Assembly: GCA_963798215.1 (NCBI GenBank)
Contig: CAWCSP010000004.1
Coordinates: 339,880 to 403,879, forward strand
Reading direction: 5' to 3'
DNA from: an uncultured Acidobacteriota bacterium
Lineage (GTDB): Bacteria > Acidobacteriota > Thermoanaerobaculia > UBA5066
Length of the DNA stretch: 64,000 nt
This document shows, in pieces, positions 20,159-29,344 of the stretch. The notes beneath the pieces are model-generated. The model was not told where the DNA came from. It did no database searches and worked only from the letters and a program-made list of their open reading frames with translations. The stretch's first letter is position 1, and each line of letters starts with the position of its first letter. The position numbers were made by a program, and so were the translations under genes.

Positions 20159-21127
20159 GTGAAAGCCGCGGCCGTGCAGCTTCCCGTCGAGCCGCCCGTC
20201 ACGCTCGCCCGGCTGCGCCACTACCGGAAGCTGACGAAGGCGGTGACGGCTCATCTGCGCGCCCAGCTCGAGGCGACTCTCGAGACGCTGACCCCTCTCT
20301 TTCACGCCGAGACGGTGTTCGGCGACTACGTCCAGAAGAGCATCCTGTCGGTCAAGCCCGACCCGGAGTCCGGCCCGCGGGGTCAGCTCGGTCCTGACCG
20401 GTGGGGCCGCGGGTCGGAGCTCGTCGTCAAGAGGGACGCGGCCCTCCCCCCGACGGTGAAGGAGCTCCAGGACGCGCGGAAGTACGCGAAGGCGAACATC
20501 TCCCTGAAAGAGGCCGTCAAGGGTGCCGATCGCGCGTTCCACGATCTCGAGAGCCTCTACGACTCGGTGGCGAAGAAGAAACCCTACGATCTCGGCGTCG
20601 GCCTGACGCCGCCGCTGCCCATCAACACCTCGGCTCTCGAGATCCTTCCGTTCGACTATCCCTTCGTCGCACGCTCGGATCGCCAGACGAAACGCGTGAT
20701 GGTCACGGCCCCGCTCACGTGGATCGTGACGTACGCGGGGTTCTCCCTCGCGCGTCTCCGCGCCCTCATCGCGGACCCGAATCGCTCGCGCGACGAGCTC
20801 CAGCGCGTCCTGACGCACCACCTTCTCCTGCACGTCGTCCTGGAACGCAAGGACGGGTTGCGCGGTCTCCTTCAGGCGCTGAACTTTCCCGTGAAGACCG
20901 AGACGGTGCCGGAATTCGGCGAGTTGCCCCTGACGATCGTCACGTCGGCCGTCCGGACGGAACGCCCGTCCGACGACGTCATTCTGGAAAGCACAGACCT
21001 GTCGGGGGTGGATGCGGCGGAGGAGATCGTGCGCGTCACGAACGTCGCCGGAATGACCGACGCGCGCCGCGCGCGCTTGCTCGAAATCGTCGAAGCCGAG
21101 AAGAGCGGGTCAGACGGAGACGCCTGA
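20159..21127 (+). CDS. Hypothetical protein, paralog A
   Basis: Aligns by eye over its length with 21160-21936 and has a ~55-aa insertion. TACAAT at 20022-20027 upstream. Confidence 0.75.
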   Translation: MKAAAVQLPVEPPVTLARLRHYRKLTKAVTAHLRAQLEATLETLTPLFHAETVFGDYVQKSILSVKPDPESGPRGQLGPDRWGRGSELVVKRDAALPPTVKELQDARKYAKANISLKEAVKGADRAFHDLESLYDSVAKKKPYDLGVGLTPPLPINTSALEILPFDYPFVARSDRQTKRVMVTAPLTWIVTYAGFSLARLRALIADPNRSRDELQRVLTHHLLLHVVLERKDGLRGLLQALNFPVKTETVPEFGELPLTIVTSAVRTERPSDDVILESTDLSGVDAAEEIVRVTNVAGMTDARRARLLEIVEAEKSGSDGDA

Positions 21128-21159
21128 AGCGCGCCGCGACGAACGGAGGATTGATCTAG

Positions 21160-21936
21160 ATGGACGAAGGGTACGATCTCCAGAAACTCCGGTCGCTCCG
21201 GAAGCTGACGCGGGCGATCGCGGAATCGCTCCGCACGGAGCTGAAGGAGCATCTGGGCACCGTGACCCTCCTGCTCCGTCCCCGCACGGTCCTCGGCGAC
21301 TTCGTCGAAGGCAGCGCGAAGGGAGAAGTCAAGGGCTCGGACGCCGCGTTCCGGGATCTGCGCGGCCGGTACGAGGCCGTCGCGGGGGGGCGCCCGTACG
21401 GGCTCCCGAAGGAGCTCGCGTCCCCCATCGAGCTCCTGAGCTCGAACGTCGAGCTCGTCCCGCTCGATTACCTGCACGTCGCGAAGTCGGGCTCGGAGAG
21501 CAAGACGATCACGGTGACGCAGCCGCTCAAGTGGATCCTCACGTACTCGGGCCTCGCGCCGACGCGCCTGAGGGAGCTCATGGCCGCGAAGATCCCGGAC
21601 GCCGGCCAGGTCAAGAACGTGATCCTGCACGCGCTCGTCCTGGAGACCGTCCTCACGCGGCAGCCGGGGCTTCTCGCGGTCTTCGAGGCGCTCCGGTTCC
21701 ACGTCGTCACGGAAAAGCTCCCGGGCCTCGGGGAGGTTCCGGTCACGTGCATTTCCTCGAGCGTCCGGACCGTGCGGCCTCCGGACGACGTCCTCATCGA
21801 GAGCACCGAGATCTCGGGCCTCGATGCGTTCGAGGAAGTCGTGAACGCCGAGGACATCGAGAACATGAAGGACCCGTTCCGCGAGAAACTCCTCGAGGTC
21901 ATCAAGGAGAACGCGCCGGAGGCCCTCAAGGGTTGA
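21160..21936 (+). CDS. Hypothetical protein, paralog B
   Basis: GGAGG RBS. Shares RKLT.A, PL.WI.TY.G and RP.DDV..EST..SG.DA.EE with paralog A. Confidence 0.8.
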   Translation: MDEGYDLQKLRSLRKLTRAIAESLRTELKEHLGTVTLLLRPRTVLGDFVEGSAKGEVKGSDAAFRDLRGRYEAVAGGRPYGLPKELASPIELLSSNVELVPLDYLHVAKSGSESKTITVTQPLKWILTYSGLAPTRLRELMAAKIPDAGQVKNVILHALVLETVLTRQPGLLAVFEALRFHVVTEKLPGLGEVPVTCISSSVRTVRPPDDVLIESTEISGLDAFEEVVNAEDIENMKDPFREKLLEVIKENAPEALKG

Positions 21937-21964
21937 CGCCGGCCGCGGGTCTGCCGGCGGCGAT

Positions 21965-23506
21965 CTAGCTCTCGAGGAGCGCGAGCCGGCTCACGTGGCG
22001 GAAGTTCAGGGCGACTGCCGCTTCGACGTCCGCCGCGAGCTTCGCGGCTTCGGACCCGGCCGCTTGCAGGGCCGCCGCCATCTCCCGCTCGATCGCCGGC
22101 CGACCGTGCGTGCCGTCGAGAAGCTCGAGGAAGGTCCTGACGAGGGGATCCACCTGAACGCTCTGATGTTTGAGGTTCGTGACCATCGTTGCCGAGCGGG
22201 CCTGGAGCCGGGCAAGGGCGCTCGCCCGGGGGCGTTCGGAAATCTCCGTGACGAAGGGGCAGGCCGCGCGGTGGAGCCGGGTCACGTTCGCGCCGTAAGC
22301 GTTGAGGAGAAACCGGAACAGACGCGCTTCGTCTTCCGTCGTGACGGGCCGGCCCCCGGCCGCCGAGACGCGCGCACGGGCGGCCTCGACGAGCTCGGGC
22401 ACCGGGATCCAACGCGGCCAAAGCAATCCGAGCTCGAGGAAGGCCGCCTTCGAAAGGGGATGAGGGGTCGTCACGTCCCCTTCCTTTTCGGTCTTGAACG
22501 TCACGGCCTGGTCGGACGCGATGTCGGGATTCGCGGGCTCCGGCCGCGTGTTCGCGCTCACGCAGAGCGACCGGAGGACGTCCGGGTCGGGCTGCGTCGC
22601 GGCGGCGGCGTCCTCCCGACAGAGCAGGGTCTGCCGGAAGCGCCGGAAGATGAGGAAATCCCGGTACTGCTGCTGGAGGACGAGGTTCGCGGCTCCGACC
22701 TCCAGCAGGAACCGGCCGGCGGGGCTGCCGGCGTCCCAAACGGTCATGTCGCAGTAATCGGCTTCCGACAGGAACTTGAGGCGGTGCCGGCTCGCGCGCG
22801 TCACGAAGTCGACGAACAGAAGAGGTTCGTTTTCGTCGGAGAGATCGTCGTGGAACAGGACGGCGTCGGGCTGCCTGCCCTGGTGCTCGAGCGTGTCCTT
22901 CAGGATGGCGGAGAAGAGCGGCCGTGGCGGCGCGGCCTCCGCGAGGAACCTCACGAGACCCCTCGCCTGGCTGATTCGCTCGGCGGGTTCCTCGAGGTCC
23001 CGCACGTGCCACCGCATCATCTGGCGCATCGCGTTCCGAACGTGACACCCGGGAAGGGCGTTGTAGCTCACGAACGCGACGCCGTTCGGAGCGAGAGTTT
23101 CGGAGGCGATCGCGAGGACCCGTTCCTGCACGGGCGGCGGCACCCAGGAGTAGAGGCCGTGCGCGATCACGTAGTCGAACGTGCCGAGGCCCGACACGTC
23201 GAGAAGGTCGGCGTGGCGGAGCGTCACGTTCGCGAGGCCGAGGGCGGAGATCTGCTCCTGTCCCTGCGCGACGGCGGAACGCGCGAAATCGAGGCCGAGA
23301 AAGGTGCTTCCCGGAAGAGCGTACGCCATCGGGATGAGATTGCCCCCGTCGCCGCAGCCCAGCTCGAGCACGCGGCAGCTCCCGGGGGGAGGGGCGGGGA
23401 GGCCGTACAGCGCCGCGATCGTCGCGAGGCGATCCGGATGGGTCTGCGAGAACGGCAACCCGGGGTACGTGACCGCGTCGTACGCGGTCGGCTCTCTTTC
23501 CGCCAT
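21965..23506 (-). CDS. Class I SAM methyltransferase with MethyTransf_Reg domain (Rickettsia PKMT-like protein-lysine methyltransferase)
   Basis: YD...YP....THP..LAT.A.L.G, VLELGCGDGGNLIP, FDYVIAHGLYSWVP, GVAFVSYNALPG and QQYRDFL..RRFRQTLLC match the PKMT1/2 pattern as I recall it. Confidence 0.8.
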   Translation of the reverse strand: MAEREPTAYDAVTYPGLPFSQTHPDRLATIAALYGLPAPPPGSCRVLELGCGDGGNLIPMAYALPGSTFLGLDFARSAVAQGQEQISALGLANVTLRHADLLDVSGLGTFDYVIAHGLYSWVPPPVQERVLAIASETLAPNGVAFVSYNALPGCHVRNAMRQMMRWHVRDLEEPAERISQARGLVRFLAEAAPPRPLFSAILKDTLEHQGRQPDAVLFHDDLSDENEPLLFVDFVTRASRHRLKFLSEADYCDMTVWDAGSPAGRFLLEVGAANLVLQQQYRDFLIFRRFRQTLLCREDAAAATQPDPDVLRSLCVSANTRPEPANPDIASDQAVTFKTEKEGDVTTPHPLSKAAFLELGLLWPRWIPVPELVEAARARVSAAGGRPVTTEDEARLFRFLLNAYGANVTRLHRAACPFVTEISERPRASALARLQARSATMVTNLKHQSVQVDPLVRTFLELLDGTHGRPAIEREMAAALQAAGSEAAKLAADVEAAVALNFRHVSRLALLES

Positions 23507-23584
23507 GAGGGAAAGCGATCATAGACGGAGTCCTCGCGGGCTCTTACCCGCGCTAGACTCGGGCGGCAATTCGAGGAGGCCGCG

Positions 23585-25078
23585 ATGTCCAAGCGCCCGC
23601 CGTCCGGCGACGTCGACGTGAGGATCGGGACCGGGACCCAGGCGTCGCCGGAGCCGCTCGACCCCGACACGCCGTTTCGCCTCCTCGTCCTCGGTGATTT
23701 CGGTGGCGCGGGCGCCAGCCCGCTGGGCACACGGACGCTGCATGCCGCCGACCTTGACGTCCTCGAGGAGGAGATGGGCCGTCTGCAGGTGACGCTGGAC
23801 GTGCCTCTCGGGGGCGGGCGACGCGCGAGCATCCAACTCCGGGATCTCGACGATTTTCACCCGGATCGCCTCCTCGAGAAGGTCGACGCCCTTTCAGCTC
23901 TGGGCGAGACTCTCGAGCGTCTCGAGAATCCCCGGACGTTCGCCGAAGCGGCGCCCGAGGTGCGGGCATGGGCTGGCGCCCCGCCGCAGCGCGAAAAGGC
24001 GGTCGAAGCGGCCGCCGGTGGTGGTGGGGACGACATCGTGAGCGAGCTTCTCGCGGGCGCGGCGCGGCGGCCAAAGCCCGATTCCGCGTTCGAGGCCGAG
24101 CTGAAGGCGATCGTGAGGCCCCATCTCGCCCCTGACGAGGACGCCGATCTGCCGCGCCTGAGGGATGCGGTGAACGAGGCGCGCTCCGGCCTCCTCCGCG
24201 CAATCCTCCGCAATCCACGATTCCGGGAGGTCGAGGCGGCGTGGCGCGCTCTCGATCTTCTCGTCCGCCGAGCCGGGGACGAGTCCGTCCGGATCTTTTT
24301 TCTCGACGCGTCGCGAGAGACTCTTCGCGCCGACCTCACGAGTCACGACACGCTCTCGGGCACGGGCCTCTACCGGCGGCTTGTCACGGAGACGATCGAC
24401 ACGCCGGGAGCCGAGCCGTGGGCCGCCATCCTCGGGCTCTACGAATTCGGGCCGACGATCGCCGACGCGGCCTTCCTTTCGCGCATGGCCAAACTTGCCC
24501 GCGCCGCGGGCGCTCCATTCCTGGCGGGCGCCCTTCCGGAATTCGTCGGCTGCGCGTCGCTTGCCGCGACGCCGGATCCCGACGACTGGAAGAGGTCCGA
24601 GGATGACGGAACGGTCATCTGGGAGGAGTTACGGGCCCTGCCGGAGGCCGCCTGGATCGCCCTCGCCCTCCCGCGTCTAATGCTGCGCCTGCCGTACGGA
24701 GCGAAAACCGACCCGATCGACTCGTTCCCGTTTGAGGAGATTCCGGGCGTGCCGGACCATGAGGCCTACGTCTGGGGGAATGCGGCGATCGCGTGCGCCC
24801 TCTCTCTTGCGGGCGCTTTCGAGCAGGGCGGGTGGGACCTCAGGCCCGAGACGGCGGCGGAGATCCCGGGCCTGAGCGCGCACGTCTTCCAGGACGGTCT
24901 CGAAACCCGCGTGACGCCGCCGTCGGAGGTCGTCCTGACGATTCGCGCCGCGGAGAAGATCCTCGAGGCCGGGCTCGTTCCGGTGCTGTCGCTCAAGGGA
25001 AGCGAAAGCGTCCGCATCGCGCGCCTCCAGCCGATCGCAAGCTCTCTCCGCATCCTCGCAGGACGGTGGGGAGGCTGA
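23585..25078 (+). CDS. TssB-like/TssC-like single-chain sheath fusion protein
   Basis: N-terminal PFRLLVLGDFG...LDDFHPDRLLEKV (TssB-like). C-terminal ILRNPRFREVEAAWRAL, APFLAGA, LRLPYG and YVWGNAA (TssC-like). Confidence 0.8.
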   Translation: MSKRPPSGDVDVRIGTGTQASPEPLDPDTPFRLLVLGDFGGAGASPLGTRTLHAADLDVLEEEMGRLQVTLDVPLGGGRRASIQLRDLDDFHPDRLLEKVDALSALGETLERLENPRTFAEAAPEVRAWAGAPPQREKAVEAAAGGGGDDIVSELLAGAARRPKPDSAFEAELKAIVRPHLAPDEDADLPRLRDAVNEARSGLLRAILRNPRFREVEAAWRALDLLVRRAGDESVRIFFLDASRETLRADLTSHDTLSGTGLYRRLVTETIDTPGAEPWAAILGLYEFGPTIADAAFLSRMAKLARAAGAPFLAGALPEFVGCASLAATPDPDDWKRSEDDGTVIWEELRALPEAAWIALALPRLMLRLPYGAKTDPIDSFPFEEIPGVPDHEAYVWGNAAIACALSLAGAFEQGGWDLRPETAAEIPGLSAHVFQDGLETRVTPPSEVVLTIRAAEKILEAGLVPVLSLKGSESVRIARLQPIASSLRILAGRWGG

Positions 25079-25116
25079 CGGGCTTCGAATCCGGGGCGCG
25101 ACCCCAAGGAGGTCTC

Positions 25117-26001
25117 ATGGCGCTCAAGTCCCCGCGTTTTGCGTCCAATTCCCGGCTGCAGCGCGCCGCCGAAGATCGACCGACGCTGGGCTCGGGCGAG
25201 CACGGCGAAGCCACGAGGCTGGTGCAGCAGGCCCTGATCGATCTCGGGTTCGACCTGCCGATCTCGACCCGAAAATTCGGATCACCGGACGGAATCTACG
25301 GACACGAGACGGTGGCGAAGGTTCGGGAGTTTCAGGCCAAGTTTCACCTTCACGTCGACGGAATCTCGGGCCGACACACATTGGAAAAACTGGATGAGCT
25401 GCTGCCGACCGCCGGCACGCCGCTTCCGCCCCTGCCGGTCTCGGGCTTCACGCACAAGGTTCGCTTGCACCTGCGGTCGATCGACATGCCCAGGGTTCCG
25501 GAGTTCAGGCAGCTGAAGGTCATGGAGGAGGTCTTCGCCCAATACGCGATCGAGATCGAAATGGCGAGCGGGGAGAGTGTGCTGCTGAAGCCGGGAGTCG
25601 CGCTCACGCTGACCGTCGTAGACGGTGATTGCAAATGGGATCAACTGTCCGACGAGCAGCGCCTCCTGGAGAATTCCGGCAGCAAGCAGGGAGTGGGGCC
25701 CAACGACATCACCGTCTACTATGCGACGACTCTGCGGGAGACGAACGGAAACACGCTGCAGGGATGCGCGGGGAGCGAGCAGAGCCGGCCGGCGGTCATG
25801 ATTGCGTCGGACGCGGTCGACAAGACCACGATGGCACACGAGGTGGGCCACATCCTGCTGGGCTCGAGTTTCTCGCCCGTTCACGATATCGACGCCAGGA
25901 ACCTCATGTGCGAGGCTCCCATCTGCACGGGCAATCCGGCCTACCTGAACGACGCGCAACTCAAGGCGATCCGTTCGAGCCGGTTCCTCAGGCCCGTATG
26001 A
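25117..26001 (+). CDS. Peptidoglycan-binding domain plus zinc metallopeptidase
   Basis: LVQQALIDLG...DGIYGHET...FQ...VDGISG..T (PG_binding_1) and AHEVGHILLG...H....NLM (metzincin-like). AAGGAGG RBS. Confidence 0.8.
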   Translation: MALKSPRFASNSRLQRAAEDRPTLGSGEHGEATRLVQQALIDLGFDLPISTRKFGSPDGIYGHETVAKVREFQAKFHLHVDGISGRHTLEKLDELLPTAGTPLPPLPVSGFTHKVRLHLRSIDMPRVPEFRQLKVMEEVFAQYAIEIEMASGESVLLKPGVALTLTVVDGDCKWDQLSDEQRLLENSGSKQGVGPNDITVYYATTLRETNGNTLQGCAGSEQSRPAVMIASDAVDKTTMAHEVGHILLGSSFSPVHDIDARNLMCEAPICTGNPAYLNDAQLKAIRSSRFLRPV

Positions 26002-26086
26002 GGGTCGAATTCGCCAACGCCACGCGAGGCAGGCTTCCGATCCGCTGGCAGCACGTGAGAGTCGCGAGTCCGAAGGAGGCACCGTA

Positions 26087-26761
26087 GTGGATTCCGGATT
26101 CGGTTACCGCCCCCCCCGCTTCCACCTCCTCGATCAGGAACTCCACCTGGACCCGGAGATCCAGCGACTGGGCCGGGAGCTCGAGACGCGGCTGGCGGCG
26201 AGGCAGATGATCCAGCTCTGGCTTCGTCCCGACTTCACCCTGCCCACCTGGCAGAGCATGATGTCCCTGCCGGTCCCGCGCCCCGCCGGGCCTCTGTTCA
26301 CTCCCGGCGCCGGACCCTCCACCCCGCGGCCCGGTGAAATCTCCGACGTCACGAGCGCGATCTTCCAGCTTCCCCCCATTCAAAGCCTGGTCGAACGGGC
26401 CCACGACGAGGGCCTGCGCCAGCTCCGCCTGCTGCGCGCCGAGTGGAATCGCGCCTCGCCGGGAGACCGCACGGTCATGGTGAGCATGGCCGGCATCGTG
26501 CTCGCGTCGAGCGTCGGGATCATCGTGGCGAACCAGCCCACGCGTGAGGCCGCGTTCAATCTCATCAAGGGCCGGGACATTCCGATCCCGGGCGTCGACG
26601 GACTTTCCTTCCAGATCCTCGACCGCGGCGGCTCCGTCACGGTTCCGCTCGGCCACGGCTTCTCCGGAACCGCCCGGCTCCAGTTTCCGGGCGCCCCCAA
26701 CGACCCCAACTACGGCGTCATGATCAACCTGGACGTCCTGGAGCTGCTTCGCAACCGGTAG
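26087..26761 (+). CDS. Hypothetical protein
   Basis: AAGGAGG RBS before GTG, coding-like codon use, no recognised motif. Confidence 0.65.
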   Translation: MDSGFGYRPPRFHLLDQELHLDPEIQRLGRELETRLAARQMIQLWLRPDFTLPTWQSMMSLPVPRPAGPLFTPGAGPSTPRPGEISDVTSAIFQLPPIQSLVERAHDEGLRQLRLLRAEWNRASPGDRTVMVSMAGIVLASSVGIIVANQPTREAAFNLIKGRDIPIPGVDGLSFQILDRGGSVTVPLGHGFSGTARLQFPGAPNDPNYGVMINLDVLELLRNR

Positions 26762-26824
26762 CCGACGAATCTCTGGTGGGGGACGGAGGTGCAGGCCGGC
26801 CGGGTGCGGGGACAGGAGACTTCT

Positions 26825-27389
26825 TCAGGTCGGGACGATGTCGAGACGGTCCGCGAGAAGACGCTGAGAGGTGGGTTGGACTCGCCCGTGCGAAGAGACC
26901 TCCAGGGCGATCTCGACCAGCATGACGTCCCAGATCGCGCTTGGATCGCTCGATAGCCCCCGCCGGCGACGACTTCGACCGTGACCGGCTCGACGTCCGG
27001 CTTCGTGGCCGCGGGACGCGGGTCCGTGGGCTCTCTCTCGCCACGGGACCTCGGCCGCCTTCTCGACGATCCTGATCTTGCTCCGCCGACGCTTTCGAAG
27101 AAGAACCGGATGTAGGCCCGCACGGTATCAAGGTCGAGTGCGAGGCCTTCCCGTTCGTCCAGCTCGTAGACCGTCTCGGCCTGTCCCCGAGCGCGAAGAC
27201 TCGATCACCCTCGAGGCCGTATCGATAGCGGATCCTGCCCACGGGGGTTTCCACGTCGAGATCCACGACCCGGGCTCTCCTGTAGAACGGAGTCGCAACC
27301 GCAAGGACGTCCACGGGAAACGACCGGAGAATCGCCGCACGGCCGGGTTCCGCGACGGCGATCCGCTCGACCAGCTCTGGATCCTTCAT
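26825..27389 (-). pseudogene. Frameshifted hypothetical gene (candidate second immunity/accessory gene)
   Basis: Can be stitched across several frameshifts: MKDPELVER...ALGDRP / ETVYELDEREGL...YIRFFFESVGG / SKIRIVEK..VPW / ...VMLVEIALEV...LDIVPT*. Confidence 0.5.
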
Positions 27390-27989
27390 GGACGATCTCC
27401 CACGTCATGGTGTCCCGGCTCCGCGAGCGGCAGAACGACCGGCACATCGATTTGCACGGGATCGCTCGTCCAGAAGGCCGAACTCGGGGCGTTTGTCGCG
27501 CGGGCCGATCGGCATCACGACCTCGGTTCCCTGAATCTGCCGCGTCTCCTCGCGCGTTCCCTCGACCCTCCAGTAGTACCCTAGCGTGAAGCTGACGTTC
27601 TGGAAGACGGCCGTCGGCGTTTCACTCGCCGGCCGGGGCCCCCGCCTCGAATACTCGAGGTATTCCTGAACCGGGAGCGGGATGCGGACCGTCTCGTGAA
27701 ACGTGCTCCCGGCCCTGAGCGGGGTGACAAACGGTGCCACCGGAGAGGTGACGTTGACACCCTTCGGGAGGTCCGCGAGCTTCTTGGTCAGCCGAACGGT
27801 CTTCGTCCCCGGGACGAGCTCGATGTAGATCACGTCCGGACCCAGATGCCAGGTGGGCATCGACCGGTAGAGCCGGTTCAGGAGGTAGACGTCCCGCGGG
27901 GTTCCGTTTCGAACCTCGTAGTCGAGGACCAGGTGCTGGTCTGCGATCACGAAAGTCGCGTGCATCTCGAGGCCCGCGTCACCGACCAT
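27386..27989 (-). CDS. Hypothetical protein (candidate immunity), probable frameshift near 27470
   Basis: GAGGAG RBS, directly downstream of the effector. Removing one base gives ...TSDPVQIDVPVV...GDRP*, whose TGA overlaps the next ATG. Confidence 0.6.
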
Positions 27990-28016
27990 AGGTTCCTCCT
28001 CGCACTCCGTCCGTCG

Positions 28017-29297
28017 TCACCACGGCGCACCTCCCGGCCACGTCGACGGATAGTAGGTCGGCCGTCTCGGGATCCCGAGGTCGTCTCGCAGCGAGTTCTC
28101 GGTCGGATGAGAGGCGCTGTAGTCCGGCACCGCCTGCGTGGTCCCGTCCGGCGCGACGACGGAGGTGCCTCCGTCGCCGACCGTCGAACGCTCCTCGCCT
28201 CGCGCCGACGAGCCGCTCTGGCCCGCATAGCCGTCGTAAGGCCCGTTCGCGTTCGTTCCCGTGGCATTGTGCGTCGCGTGGACCAGCTCGTGGCCGAGGA
28301 TGACGGTCGAACCCGGGCTGCCGGCCACGGGGTCTGCCGGGTCCGTGGTGTTGTGGCTCGGATTCCACGAGACGGTGCTGTCCGTGCCTTTGCTCGGATC
28401 CCGGGTGTCGGCGTCCGAGCCGTCCGCCTGGCAGTAGCCGTTGGCGTCGGTCGTTTGCTTGATCGTGACGGTGTGCCCGCTCGCCTGGATCTTCGAGAGG
28501 ATCTCACGGCCCGTTGGGGTGCTCGCGAGCGTCGCCAGCGCCGCGAGCGTCTGGAGCTGGAACGACGGGCTCCCCTGGATGATGATCGAGCTCCCGAAGA
28601 AGATCCTCTGGTTGTCCGCCCCGTGGAACAGGTTCCAGAGCGCGTTTGTGAACTGCTGCCACGTCGAAGGCGGCGTCAGTGCGAACCCCCCGCGCCGGCC
28701 CCGGCGCCTCCCCCCGACCGCCGCCCCTGTCGCCGATGATGACCGTCGGGCAGCCCATCGTGATCTGTTCGGCGGGCCGATGGCCTCGATGATCTGTCGC
28801 CGAGGCGGCAGGCCGAGGGTTTTCGATCATGACGGTCGCGGAGCCGTCGTGACGACACCCGGCCCGTGCGGCGGAATGGGCCGACGGCGATCGGCGCGGA
28901 GCTCGCCATCGATGCTGCGCGCCGGCCGAGCGGCGGCGGTGATCCCTCGTGTAGGCGATGTTTGCGGCCGCGGCCGATGGCCGGGTCGGCGGTTCAGACC
29001 GCCGCGAGTCACGCGGCCGATTGGCCGCGACGATCGCCGCCGGTCGCCCGGGCGTGGCCGGCAGCAGCGGCTGCGGCTGCCTCGGCGGGCCGGAACGCCG
29101 TGCGCCGTCTCGAGGGTCCGTAACGTCGCTCTGCATGGACGTGCTCGCCGCGAGGAGCCCGGACCCTGCCGCGAGCGGGATCCCCTTCCACGCCGGCTGG
29201 CCCCCGATCAGGACAGTCAGGGCGGGCGGTACCGTGAGGACGGGCGGCGTCGGGTGCGCGACGGGATCGCCGAGTCGGGCCGCGGGACCTGAGGCAC
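28017..29297 (-). pseudogene. PAAR-domain effector with C-terminal M91 (NleD-like) zinc metalloprotease, multiply frameshifted in the N-terminal half
   Basis: GAGGAGG RBS and GTG. PAAR pieces GPAARLGDPVAH..TVLIGGQPAW and ITMGCPTVIIGD. Intact C-terminal frame IIIQGS...TPTGREIL...VSWNP...LGHELVHA...EERSTVG...TENSLR. Directly downstream of vgrG. Confidence 0.72.
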
Positions 29298-29344
29298 GAT
29301 CGAACCTCCTCAGCAGCCTGCGGACGTAGGCATCGCGAGACTCT

